From: an uncultured candidate division Zixibacteria bacterium
Lineage (GTDB): Bacteria; Zixibacteria; MSB-5A5; UBA10806; 4484-95
Assembly: GCA_963668625.2 (NCBI GenBank)
Contig: CAXXKA010000008.1
Location: 736,001 to 800,000, forward strand
DNA: 64,000 nucleotides
Direction: 5' to 3'
Below the pieces are notes generated by a model that saw only the letters and a list, made by a program, of their open reading frames with translations, made no database searches and was not told where the DNA came from. Shown piece by piece: positions 20,797 to 32,271 of this stretch (its first letter is position 1; each line of letters begins with the position of its first letter). The position numbers and the translations under genes are program-made.

Positions 20797-21103
20797 TAGT
20801 TTCCTCCAACTACAAAACGTGAAGTTTGTTAGAATGTTTGATCATTTGTCAATATTATGAAAAGATAATTTGAGATGCAAATGATATTTGTTGAATTTAG
20901 CTAATTATTTTAAGCAGATTTTAATGTTTTTATTTAAACCGGAATCTACCGTGTATTGCTGTTCTTTTAATGATTACGAAACCTGCAGCAATCTATTTTT
21001 TCGGTGCATGCAATGGTATTTTTCTTGACATCCAGATAATAAATCCTATATTCCTGATATATGTCACCCCTCCGGGGTAATAACTGGCATCGAGGAGTTC
21101 TTC

Positions 21104-21952
21104 TTGCAGAGTTTACATTCCGAAATAATGCAATGTCTGGCTGATATAGGTCTTTCCGAGCGCGAGGCCCGCGTGTATCTGGCGATGCTCAATAATCGTA
21201 ATGCTACCGCGGCCGAATTGCAAAAGCATTCCGGTGTACCGCTAAGTAAGATCTATGAGGTCATCGATGGACTCGTGAGAGCGGGCTATTGTACCGAAAG
21301 AAAAATCGGCCGTAAGAAGATGTTCGAGGTCTTAAATCCCGACATCGCTCTTGATACATCGTTTAAAGAGCTAAAAAGTCGTTTGGAAAACTCACTCAGT
21401 ATCAAAAAGAAATTATCAAATATTTATTCCTCCTCGAAAAAAATGTCCAATCCCTCCGAGTATATAGAGGTTCTGCGCGGTAACGATAATATTCATCACC
21501 GTTACTGCCAGTTGGTGAGCAATACGCGCAAGGAGCTTCTCGGTTTTAACCGCCGCCCCTACGCTTGTGATACGCAGGATAAATACACGTATCAAAACGA
21601 TGTCGAGCTTGAAACCTCAACGCGCCATGCAGTATCTCGCTGGGTATATGATCTGGAGCTTCCCGGCGAGGAATGGCTTATACCCAATTTGCGGAACCTT
21701 CGCGATAAGGGCCAGGGAATAAGGGTCGCCGAAAAATTACCTTTAAAAATGATGATATTCGATCGCGAGTTATTACTGGTAGCGGATGAGCCTGAGCCAT
21801 TCAGCCAGCCCGGAGATTTAACGATGTCCGTTATCAAGCAGGGGACTATCGTAAACGCATTTTTAGCGATGTTCGAATATTTCTGGGACAGCTCGATTGA
21901 GCTTGATTTATGGGAAAAAATGCAACTACCACTAAGTATATACAGAGAATAG
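21104..21952 (+). CDS. TrmB-family transcriptional regulator
   Basis: GLSEREARVYLA, SGVPLSKIYEV wHTH; LPLKMMIFD effector domain. Confidence 0.9.
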   Translation: MQSLHSEIMQCLADIGLSEREARVYLAMLNNRNATAAELQKHSGVPLSKIYEVIDGLVRAGYCTERKIGRKKMFEVLNPDIALDTSFKELKSRLENSLSIKKKLSNIYSSSKKMSNPSEYIEVLRGNDNIHHRYCQLVSNTRKELLGFNRRPYACDTQDKYTYQNDVELETSTRHAVSRWVYDLELPGEEWLIPNLRNLRDKGQGIRVAEKLPLKMMIFDRELLLVADEPEPFSQPGDLTMSVIKQGTIVNAFLAMFEYFWDSSIELDLWEKMQLPLSIYRE

Positions 21953-22017
21953 GGTGGTAATTAGAATAGCGAATAAAAATAGTGGTCTTAGACGTAAATA
22001 ATTTACAGGAGAAGCAG

Positions 22018-23846
22018 ATAAAGAAATTGTTAATTTTGTTAGTGCTCGCTCTGGTGCCGGTTTTGGTATCAGGCCAGACCTTTATCGAGGAAGGTTTCAA
22101 TACCTGGCCGCCCGAGGGTTGGTCGGCTGATTCTCATCCGAATAACTGGCATGGCGCTGACGGTGATGAGGCCGGCGGTGTTGCACCCGAGGCCGTATTC
22201 GATTGGAGCCCTAAATTTTCCGGCACTACGCATTTCATGTCTCCCGAATTTGACCTGACGGGTGTGATCTAGCTTTATTTCGAGTTTAATCACAAGATCG
22301 ATCATTTTACGGTGGCGCTTATACAGTTGGTGTTGCCACTCGTCACGGCGGCGGTGCATGGAATACTGTCTGGTCGATTTCCAACCCCAGCGGTAATGTC
22401 GGCCCGGCTACTGTTTCCGAACAGATAAGCAATGATGATGTCGGCGCGAGCGATTTCCAGATATGTATATTCTTCTCGGGCAGTTCATATAATGTCGATT
22501 TTTGGTATTTCGATGAGTTCTTTCTCTATTCGCCTTTAGCTCATGATATGAAGCTCAAGAGGCTGGTCATCGATGACCAGTACGAACCGGGTAATCCAAT
22601 GGTACCGGCGGCGCTGGTACAGAATTTCGGTTTGAACGATGAGACATTCGATGTCAACTGCGAGATATTCCTGGGTGATGTAAGCGTATATAATGAAACT
22701 CTGGAGGATATTACTTTCGAATCGGGCGAGCAAGAGACTATCGCGTTCCCGGCTTATAATATTACCGACGCCAACGAGTTGTTCCGGGCTGTATTTACCA
22801 CTATTCTCGATAGTGATATGAATGAGTCCAATGACAGCCGCTGGGAGTATTTCAATACCTATACCACTCCCCGGGATATGGTGTTGCTCGAGATCGGTAC
22901 GGGTACCTGGTGCCAGTACTGTCCCGGCGCGGCCATGGGCGCCGAGGATCTTGTGGGCCATGGACTGAACGTGGCCGTGGTCGAATATCACCAGGGTTCG
23001 ACCGATCCGTTCCAGAATGCCGAGGGCCTGGAGAGGATCGACTATTACGGTATAAGCGGATATCCCACCGCCGTTTTCGGTGGGTTGAAAAAATACGTGG
23101 GCGGCAGTAACACCGAGAGTATGTATTCGGCTTACCTGCCTCTCATTCAGGAAAGAGCGGTTATTAATACCGCATTTACGATGGAATTATTCGGCGCAAA
23201 CGAAGGTTACGATTATAATATCATGACACGGGTTACGAAAATGGCCACGATACCATATGAGAATATGGTTGTTCATGTTGCCCTGACCGAGTCGGGTATC
23301 GCCTATAACTGGCAGGGCCAGACTCACCTCGAGTGGGTTGAGCGCGATATGGTCGAAAATGCTGATGGCGAACCGATCAATTTCGGCTCTGGTGATGTTC
23401 AGCAGGTTGAATTCGATTTTAACCTCGATCCCGATTATGATTTATCGGAGTGCGAGCTCACCGCCTGGGTGCAGAACCTGGACAATAAAGAGGTGCTGCA
23501 GTCGACTAAAGTCATGCTTACGGATTTAACACCTGTTGCCATCGATGATGACATGGTGGTTTTGCCGAGTCGCACCAGGTTGGGCGCCAACTATCCCAAC
23601 CCGTTTAATCCATCAACAATGATTGAATTCTCGATCGAATCTCCCGGTGATGTAATCCTGGAGGTATACAATATCATGGGCCAGAAAGTTAATACAGTCG
23701 TTAACTCGAGGCTCGAAGCCGGCAACCATCAGGCGTTATGGAACGGTACGGATGAGTCCGGCGCCGGTGTTGCCTCCGGTACATATTTTTATAAGCTGAC
23801 TACGGATGATTTCAGTCAGACTAAGAAAATGGTCTTGATGAAGTAG
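22018..23846 (+). pseudogene. Disrupted secreted Omp28/thioredoxin-like (WCQYC) protein with T9SS-like CTD
   Basis: ATA in place of start after AGGAG; in-frame TAG 22270-22272; 1-nt deletion near 22309; downstream frame continues into the 22548 ORF. Confidence 0.8.
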
Positions 23847-23921
23847 TCAGGCAGAGGGGACAAAGCAGGGGGAGAGTGCCAGCAGTGTCTCTCCCCTTCA
23901 GAAATAAGAGAAGGATTAAAA

Positions 23922-25259
23922 ATGACAGCAATAGCCAAGATCGCAGCACCGACATTATTAATCTTAATATTAGCGGCCGGAACGGCTTTCCCTGATACTT
24001 ACCTGATCCAACCTGACGGCAGCGGGGATTTTTCCGATCTAACCACAGCTATGGGAAACGCCGTTGATGGTGACACTATTATGTTGGCCGACGGTCTTTA
24101 CACCGGCCGCGGTAATCGTGATATAAATTATGATGGTAAAGAGGTGGTAGTTTGCTCGCAAAGCGGGAATCCCGCGAATTGCGTTATAGATATCGAAGGG
24201 GAGTTCAATGATACGGCCGAGCGAGGTTTTATTTTCAATAACGATGAAACCGAAGCCAGCGTACTTCGCGATATAAAAATCATTCACGGTAACGCCGATG
24301 CTCCCTGCCCCGAGTGCGAAGGCGGAGCGGTGTATGTGCACGACGCCTCGCCTACCATGGAAAATTTGATTCTAGAGGATAACTATGCCTTAAACGGGGC
24401 CGGCATCATGGTAAACGGCGGTTCACCGACGATCAAAAACTGTGTGTTCATTAATAATGATACCTTCGACGGCGGTGGTTTCATGTGCCTCTCCGGCGAC
24501 CATCCTATTTTAGAGGGCTGCGTGTTTTATAATAATACCGCCACGATGCGGGGGGCGGCTATCTCAGGGCAGGGCGAATGTGTTATCGAGGTGGTAAACT
24601 GTACTATCGCCCATAACGGCTCAACCGTGGGCAGCGCCATATCCTCGTGGGAGAATGACTATATCATAGAGAATTCCATTATCGCCTATAACGGCGATAG
24701 CCTGGCGGTCTGGGCAACGGGTGATCCTGAGATTACAATCAGCTATACCGATATTTACGGCAACACCGGCGGTGACTGGGTCGGTCCGATAGCCGGACAG
24801 GGTACGTTAAACGGTAATAAAAACGAGGCCCCGATATTCGTTGATTACGAAAATCGTGATTACCATCTTACGGTAAATTCTCCCTGTATCGATGGTGGCA
24901 ATCCCGATTCGCCTTATGATCCCGATAACACCGTTGCCGATATGGGTGCATACTATTATTACCAGATCGTCTCTATCGATAATACGGAGTTGCTCCCGAA
25001 TCGAACCGGCTTGCTTGCCAATTACCCTAATCCGTTCAATGCCAATACTGTCATAGCGTTCGAATTGGCCTCGCGGGGAGATGTGCAGCTTGATATTTAC
25101 GATATCGCAGGCCGTAAAGTGACCACGGCCGCACAAGGCATGTTCGAGGCGGGAAAATACCAGGTGGACTGGTATGCTGATGTTGTTTCGGGCGTTTATT
25201 TTTCCGTATTGCGTACCGATAGCGGCGTGTATACGAATAAGATGGTTTTGCTGAAATAG
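23922..25259 (+). CDS. Secreted right-handed beta-helix protein with T9SS-like CTD
   Basis: GDTIMLADG.Y, GGA/FxxN repeats, SPCIDGG.P...DMGAY; NYPNPFN. Confidence 0.85.
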   Translation: MTAIAKIAAPTLLILILAAGTAFPDTYLIQPDGSGDFSDLTTAMGNAVDGDTIMLADGLYTGRGNRDINYDGKEVVVCSQSGNPANCVIDIEGEFNDTAERGFIFNNDETEASVLRDIKIIHGNADAPCPECEGGAVYVHDASPTMENLILEDNYALNGAGIMVNGGSPTIKNCVFINNDTFDGGGFMCLSGDHPILEGCVFYNNTATMRGAAISGQGECVIEVVNCTIAHNGSTVGSAISSWENDYIIENSIIAYNGDSLAVWATGDPEITISYTDIYGNTGGDWVGPIAGQGTLNGNKNEAPIFVDYENRDYHLTVNSPCIDGGNPDSPYDPDNTVADMGAYYYYQIVSIDNTELLPNRTGLLANYPNPFNANTVIAFELASRGDVQLDIYDIAGRKVTTAAQGMFEAGKYQVDWYADVVSGVYFSVLRTDSGVYTNKMVLLK

Positions 25260-25296
25260 TAAAATTATTCGAATAGTCTGTTAATGAATTTTTATT

Positions 25297-25329
25297 AATC
25301 GCCGGATTATCCTTCTCCGGCGATTTTTT
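25297..25329 (+). terminator. Intrinsic terminator
   Basis: AATCGCCGGA-loop-TCCGGCGATT-TTTT. Confidence 0.8.
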
Positions 25330-25633
25330 ATTGCATATGCCTGTTCTCGGTTGGTTTGTTGAATGCCCATCGGAAAGAGATTATTGAAGCTTAACTGTTT
25401 TTTAACTGATGTCGGCCTTATACCGAGCGCTTTTAATGTAGCTACATTTGGCGATATCATTTTGTTGACATTGGCGGGCAATGTGTTATATTAATGCTGC
25501 TAATCTGGCTGAGGGTTACAGGCAAACTTCCGGAGTTGTTGAAAATTCCCATATCTATGTGGAAGGAGGATATTCATCCGGCATGTAATTCTAATGTATC
25601 ATATTTTCATGATAAGCAAGGAATGGAGTTGAT

Positions 25634-27970
25634 ATGAGATCCAGATTTACCAGGTTATTGTTGGTACTGTCTGCGGTATTGTTGTTCGGGGGAGCTTTAC
25701 AGGCTCAGAATGTGCTTGTGTGGGATAACGATAACGGATCGGATTATAGCGATCCCGATAACGGCGTGACTCGCAGTTGTGAGTATGGTATCGTGCAAGC
25801 TCTTAGCGCGAATAATATTAACTATACGACTTTGTCTTACCTGCCATCCTATTTGGATAATTACGATATCATATTCGTTGTGCTCGGTGTCTACTGCCGT
25901 AGCTGAGGGGAAACCCCTCCCGGATCAGTTGGATCCGAACAACAAGATGAATTAGTCGAGTTCATGAATGATGGCGGCGCTCTATACGTAGAGGGCTCGG
26001 ATGTAGGCTGTAGCCACTATACCACCGAATTTTTCGAATATCTCGGGGCCGACTATATCAGGCAGGGTGATGGCTATAATACCATAAATGAAATAGAAGG
26101 CGTTGAGGGTACTTTTACTGCTCCTGATCTTTTTTCGTTTCCGGACGGAGACCCTGACTACAAAGTAGATGAACTCGGAGCAGGAGAAGGTACCGGTATT
26201 CTTCGATGTCAGGAGGATATAGTCAGGACAGTGCTCTATGAGGGAGCAAATTATCGAGCTATCACCTCCTCTGTAACTTTCGGTGTTCTGGAAAACAGGC
26301 AGGAAAGTTCTACGAGAGCTTTGCTCATGGAGCGTTACCTGAATTTCCTCAACGGTAACGATGGCAGCGAATTCTGGTGTTCGCATGGCCAAATCGATTT
26401 TGGCGTGCAGTATATCAGCTATGATTCGGTAATCAATATAACGATGCAGAATTTCGGCCAGGGTGGTTTGTATATAAGCGATATAGGTATCACCGGCGAG
26501 CAATTCTCGATTGATTGTGAGACGAGTTACTCGCTTGCGAGCGGCCAACGGATCGAGTTGCCCGTAAGATTTTACAGTGATGAAATCGGATACTATATGG
26601 GGGCAATTACTTTGACCACCAATGATCCGGATGAGACATCCGTTACGATACCTGTTGAAGCCGAATGTTTCGGGTCGCCTGTAGTTGGGCTCGAACCGAC
26701 GGCGTTTAATGTAGATATTTTAGCGGACCAGATTACCCAGAGGATAATGACCATAGCCAACAGCGGTGAAAGTCGTCTCAGTTTTAATATCCAGATAGTT
26801 GATTCGCACGAGTTGGTCGGTACTACTGATCACCGGACGAATGATGAGTGCGATATCGAGGCAGTGTCGCTGGCGAAGGGCGAATATGATTACCGTCAGG
26901 GGCCACCGGTTGTTTGCGGTTCCGGCGGGCCTGATGATTTCGGCTATAAATGGATAGACAGTGATGAAGCCGGGGGACCGGTATATCAATGGTTCGATAT
27001 TTCAGAGATAGGACAAAATACCGGCTTGGAGGGCGATGACGAAATGGTGACCATACCTCTGCCGTTTGGTTTCCATTATTATGGCAATGAATACGATGAG
27101 GTAACTATCAGCACGAACGGCTATCTCACGTTCGGCAATGACGGTGAACATTATGGCAATCACAATATCCCATACTCTGAGCACCCGAATAATATAATAT
27201 GTCCGTTCTGGGATGATTTAGAACAGGAATCAGGCTCGAACTATAGCCACTACGATCAGACTAACCATAGGTTCATAATTCAATACCAGGATTGGGGATT
27301 TTACTCCGGTGGCGGTTCGCTCGATTTTCAGGTACATCTCCTCGAAAATGGTGTGATATTTTTCTACTACAGGAACTTGATCGGAAGCCTGACCTCCGCG
27401 ACAATCGGAATCGAAAACTCAACCGGCGCCGATGGCCTTCAGGTAGCCTATAATTCCAATTACCTTCACGATGAAATGGCTATTCAGTTTAACGCCGGGC
27501 CGATCTGGATCACTATGAACGAGAGTATTGGGATCGTACCGGTGGATTCCACTCATGATATAATTTTCACTTTCGATGCTACGAGCGTTGATGAGGGTGT
27601 TTATACGGCCGACATTATATTCGGATGTAATGACCCTGAAACTCCTCGAATAGTCGTGCCGGTTACCATGAACGTGAATTTAACCGGTATCGGGGATGAG
27701 TCGCTGCCATACGTTACGGAGCTGACCGGAAACTATCCGAACCCGTTCAACAATTCCACCGTAATCAGTTACTCGATCGATAAACGTACTCATGTCAGCC
27801 TTGACATATATAATTTGCTGGGACAGAAAATTGTTACGCTCGTTGATGATATCCGGGATGCCGGTGAATATCGGGAGATATGGCAGGCGGATGTTTCCAC
27901 CGGTGTATATTTCTACAGGTTAAACGCCGGTGATTATGTCTCGCAGCGAAAGATGATCTTATTGAAATAA
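25634..27970 (+). CDS. Probable secreted selenoprotein (CxxU, Sec91; 778 aa): alpha/beta N-domain + Ig-like (choice-of-anchor D) + GGPD domain + CTD
   Basis: Track ORFs 25634-25906 and 25964-27970 are in the same frame, separated only by TGA 25904-25906: VYCRS*GETPPGSVG; SECIS-like hairpin follows. Confidence 0.8.
25921..25937 (+). promoter_or_regulatory. Candidate bacterial SECIS element
   Basis: CGGATC-AGTTG-GATCCG, core stem starting 16 nt after TGA. Confidence 0.65.
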
Positions 27971-27981
27971 ATCGTGTCCGG

Positions 27982-28007
27982 CCTGGTCGTGTCAGATCAC
28001 GACCAGG
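27982..28007 (+). terminator. Hairpin between the paralogs (weak terminator or stabiliser)
   Basis: CCTGGTCGTG-loop-CACGACCAGG, short T-run a few nt later. Confidence 0.5.
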
Positions 28008-28181
28008 TCGATTTTAGGATTTGAAATTTCTGCGCTGACAGTTATATTGTTGATATAATCGGAAATAGCGCACAGGTTAATATCTTAGCAATTGGCAACA
28101 TAAATTCATATCGGGATAAAAAGGAGGTGGAAACGCAATCCCCGTATCGAAGTTTTGGTCAGGGTAAATCCTTTTTAGGAA

Positions 28182-30473
28182 GTGAGTAGTATAATGTTTA
28201 AAAAAACTTTAGGTCTTTACCTGATAGTAACCGTGATTTTTCTGATCGCTGATACACTCCAGGCACAAAATATACTTATTTGGGATAACGATAATTCATC
28301 CCATTATTATGATTCGGAAGAGGGAGAATCGAGAAACTGTGAGTATGGAATCCAAAGGGCGCTGACCGACAACCAGGTTAGCTATGTAACTCGCAGCAAC
28401 CTGCCCCTGGATATATCGGATTATGATATCGTATTCGTCGTCCTGGGCGTCTACTGTGTCGGGTGAGGAATCACTCCACCGGGAACCGTGGGTTCCTCAG
28501 AACAAACGATTTTAATGGATTATATGAATGACGGCGGGACGGTTTATTGCGAGGGCTCGGATGTCGCTTTTTCACATCAAAGCACGGACTTTTTAGATTA
28601 TTTCGGAGTAGAGTTTATAGATCGTGGAGAGGCGAACGCAATCGATATGATCCGTGGCGTCGATGGCACGTTCACCGCCTCGGACCGATTCGATTTTCCC
28701 GACGGTGATGCCGATTACCTTATCGATGAGCTGGCAATGGTTAGCGGAACAGGTTTTCTAGAATGTCAGAATAATATTAGCCGCGCGGTTTTTTATGATG
28801 AGGGCGGTTATCGAACGATTATATCCTCAGTAACTTTAGGCGCTTTATTCGATGGCGAAGATACCAATACACGGGCCGTATTGATGGAGCGGTACTTGAG
28901 CTTTCTGACCGGCGATGAAAATCCCAATCTCTGGCGCTCACATGACACGATAGATTTCGGCACTAATTACGCGGGTTATGAATCGACTGTAGATTTTAAA
29001 ATTAAGAATATCGGATTGAACGGCTTGAATATCAGCAACGTTAACATTACCGGCCAGTGCTTTACGTTCGATGGCGATACGGATTACATGCTCGATGTCG
29101 GTGAGCGCGTTACCTTACCGGTGACTTTTTTCAGCGAGACCGCGGGAAATTACGATGGCGCGATAACGTTTACCACCAACGATCCTGACGAGGAAAATAT
29201 TTCGGTAGAACTGACCGCGGAATGTATTTCCGCCCCGGAAATCGAGATATCCGATGATGAATTATATGTTGAGCTAAACCGCGGACAGGTAGTTGATCGG
29301 ACATTTTCGATTACGAATATAGGCTTGAACGATCTGGAGTTCAGAATCGAAACTCTTGAAACGAGCGAACCTGGTCTGGTAGGCGATTACCGAAATGATG
29401 ACGGCGAGCCGGTTGTTTGCGGCTCGGGAGGGCCGGATACTTACGGCTATATATGGGTCGACAGCGATGAGCCGGCCGGGCCGGAATTCGAATGGCTGGA
29501 TATCTCCGGAATTGGCGAGGATATCGGGTTACAGGGATTCGATAGTGGCGAATTCATCGATTTGCCTTTTAATTTTGGTTTTTACGGCAACACATACGAT
29601 CGGATAATGGTCAGCACGAATGGCTATCTGACTTTCGATACCGACCCTACTGAATATATGAACCACAGGATACCCGATTCGCAGGAGCCTAACAATCTTA
29701 TCTGTCCGTTCTGGGATGATCTCTACCCCCGGGATGGCAGGGTTTACTACTATCATGATTCAGACCGTCAGAGGGTGATTATACAGTACGATAAATGGGA
29801 GTATTACTCGGGGTTCGGTGATTTCACATTGCAGGTGCATCTTCTGGAAAACGGTGTAATTTATTTCTATTACGAGAAAATCAACGGCTCAACCACCTCA
29901 TCCACTGTCGGTATCGAGAGCGCTGAGGGTAACGATGGTCTCGAGATCGTATATAACAGCTCGTATCTCAGGGATAGTCTGGCCATAAGAATTAATGCCG
30001 GTCCGAAGTGGCTTGGGTTGGATGAACTAGCAGGGGCCTTAACTCCTGGTTCGAGCATGAATTTAGTTTTCACTTTCGACGCTCGGAGTATCGGGGAGGG
30101 TACTTACACGGCTGATATGTATATCTATAATAACGATCCCGCCAATCCCGAGATTACGGTGCCGGTGACCATGCTGGTAAATATCGTTGGCGCAAAGGAC
30201 GAAACGCTGCCGTATGTGACGGAGCTCAAAGGCAACTATCCCAACCCGTTTAACGGCGCCACCTCGATAAGTTACTCGCTCGGTAAGCGTACTTATGTAA
30301 CGTTGGATATATTCAATGTGCTGGGAAGGAAAGTGACCAGGCTGGTCGATGAGGTTAAGGCAGCCGGTAATCATAGTATTGTATGGCGGGCGGATGTTTC
30401 CAGCGGGGTGTATTTCTACAGGCTAACCGCCGGCGATTATGTTTCGCAAGAGAAAATGATTTTGTTGAAGTAG
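28182..30473 (+). CDS. Probable secreted selenoprotein, paralog 2 (CxxU)
   Basis: Track ORFs 28182-28466 and 28488-30473 in frame across TGA 28464-28466: VYCVG*GITPPGTVG; alternative start ATG 28194 puts the TGA at residue 91. Confidence 0.8.
28482..28496 (+). promoter_or_regulatory. Candidate bacterial SECIS element
   Basis: GGAACC-GTG-GGTTCC starting 16 nt after TGA. Confidence 0.65.
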
Positions 30474-30494
30474 AGTATTGAGATTAATGACTCG

Positions 30495-30527
30495 ACCGGG
30501 GTGTCGTATGGGCATCCCGGTTTTTTT
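30495..30527 (+). terminator. Intrinsic terminator
   Basis: ACCGGGGTGTC-loop-GGCATCCCGGT followed by T-tract. Confidence 0.8.
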
Positions 30528-30577
30528 ATTGATCTTAAAACTACCGTTTTAGCCGGTGCGTACATTTAAAGCGAAGC
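30521..30577 (+). repeat. Post-terminator palindromic repeat, similar to 63012-63068
   Basis: TTTTTTATTGAT..TAAAA..ACCG....CCGGTG.GTA..TTTAAAGCGAAGC shared. Confidence 0.7.
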
Positions 30578-31022
30578 GTTGATCTTTTCATTTATCTTAG
30601 ACCTAATTTTGTATCGGGCTGTCCTTGCAAAATTTTCGGTGAAGTTTGGCAATCAGCTTCTTTGCCAATCAGATTACAGGAACTATCTCGGAAGGTCAGG
30701 TTCACCTTTGAATAGGGCGAAGAGATTAGCCCTATACTACACCTGGGTTCAAGAGTTTGTCATTTAGATATTGAGTTTTTCAGCACCATTAGTAGTTGAA
30801 ATCATATTCGCGGATCAGTAGGAGTCAGGCTCTCAAGCTACTCAAAGCCAACAGTTAACAGATACTTTTCGCTATGGTGCATCGCGCAAAAAATGACCTC
30901 CAATTAAATAAATTCCGCCAATTAAATACTTGTGTTGACAAAACTATTGCCCTATATTGCTTTGGTGCCAGAGTTTAGTTTTTGGAACTATTGATTGATC
31001 GAGTTGGCAACGGGAGTGACTA

Positions 31023-32261
31023 TTGTATAAGAAGTACGCTTCTATTTTTTTAGCTATAATTTTCATCCTGGGAAGTATCGCTTATGCCCAGGATGCAGGT
31101 GATACGAATCCAGCAGATCAATCCCCGGACGGCATGCCCCCATATCCCAAACCCGACCCGCCACGTAACCTTATAGTCAAAGATAACCCGAGTGACGGTG
31201 GCGGCAGGATTTTAGTCGAGTGGGAGTTATCCGGTGATGATGGAGCGGGGAAAGAGAATGTCATTGGTTACGAGATATACCGCGCCGTAGCCGGTGATAC
31301 TAATTTCGTCTCGATTGGTATGGCCTCCGCCGGCGCCGATCTCTATATCGATTCTGGTGTCGAGGATGATACGAAATATATATATAAAGTTGCCGCTACC
31401 GATGGTGTGTGGCGTTCGTTCACCGCGGCTACCAACCCGGTACACTCCTCCCAGCAATGGTTTAATTTGAATCTCAAATACCTGTTTTTGATCGGGCTTT
31501 TGATTTGCGGCTCGGTCATATATTTCATATTCCGGGCACAGGGCGGCAGAACCTTATTTATCAGGAAAATAGCCGGTCTTGAGGCTATTGATGATGCCGT
31601 TGGGCGCGCCACCGAGATGGGGCGTCCGGTGCTTTTCATCCCCGGTATCCGCGATATGGACGATGTGCAAACTATCGCCGGTATCACTATTCTGGGCAGG
31701 GTTGCCCGCACGATTGCAGAATACGATATCAAAATAAATATGCCGGTTTCGCGTTCGATCGTTATGACCACGGCACGCGAGACTATCAAAGCGGCTTACG
31801 CGCAGGAGGGACGAATCGATGCTTATTCCGATGAGTTCGTTTACTATCTCACCGATGAACAGTTTGGCTATGTTGCAGCAGTAGATGGTATCATGGTGCG
31901 TGATAAGCCGGCCACATGTTTCTATATGGGGTCGTTTTTCGCTGAAAGCTTGATTTTCGCCGAGACGGGCAACTCGATCGGCGCTATACAGATTGCCGGT
32001 ACGGCTATGCCGGCGCAGTTGCCGTTTTTCGTAGCCGCTTGCGACTATACCTTAATAGGCGAGGAGCTATTCGCCGCCTCGGCCTATCTATCTGGTGAGC
32101 CTCGTCAATTAGGCAGTCTTAAAGGCCAGGATGTTGGCAAGGTTATCGCCATGATAGCTATTATTATTGGGGTACTGGCTGCAACTTTGCATTCGGCTAC
32201 CGGGCTGGAGTTTTTCGGTGATTTTCATCAAATTGTGAAAGATTTGTTTACCACCAACTGA
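31023..32261 (+). CDS. Module 1 subunit A: FN3 + DUF6754-like membrane protein
   Basis: Signal peptide, FN3, TM, AIDDAVGRATEMGRP, FFAESLI, LIGEELFAASAYLS. Confidence 0.85.
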   Translation: MYKKYASIFLAIIFILGSIAYAQDAGDTNPADQSPDGMPPYPKPDPPRNLIVKDNPSDGGGRILVEWELSGDDGAGKENVIGYEIYRAVAGDTNFVSIGMASAGADLYIDSGVEDDTKYIYKVAATDGVWRSFTAATNPVHSSQQWFNLNLKYLFLIGLLICGSVIYFIFRAQGGRTLFIRKIAGLEAIDDAVGRATEMGRPVLFIPGIRDMDDVQTIAGITILGRVARTIAEYDIKINMPVSRSIVMTTARETIKAAYAQEGRIDAYSDEFVYYLTDEQFGYVAAVDGIMVRDKPATCFYMGSFFAESLIFAETGNSIGAIQIAGTAMPAQLPFFVAACDYTLIGEELFAASAYLSGEPRQLGSLKGQDVGKVIAMIAIIIGVLAATLHSATGLEFFGDFHQIVKDLFTTN

Positions 32262-32271
32262 TGGATAGGAT

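Noticed and set aside
20800-21000. BirA operator upstream of bioY
   Set aside because: No convincing TGTxAACC-N-GGTTxACA palindrome found.
22270-22272. In-frame TAG as pyrrolysine or programmed read-through
   Set aside because: It is accompanied by a lost start codon and a frameshift 40 nt later; decay or sequence error is simpler.
25904-28466. Genome-wide UGA reassignment (code 4 or 25) as the explanation for the in-frame TGAs
   Set aside because: TGA terminates normal genes here at expected lengths (engB, purA, mutM, rho), and no other gene is fragmented by TGA.
25964-30473. Track ORFs starting at 25964 and 28488 as independent genes
   Set aside because: Their starts are at non-homologous positions, lack convincing SD sequences and lack signal peptides despite a secretion CTD.
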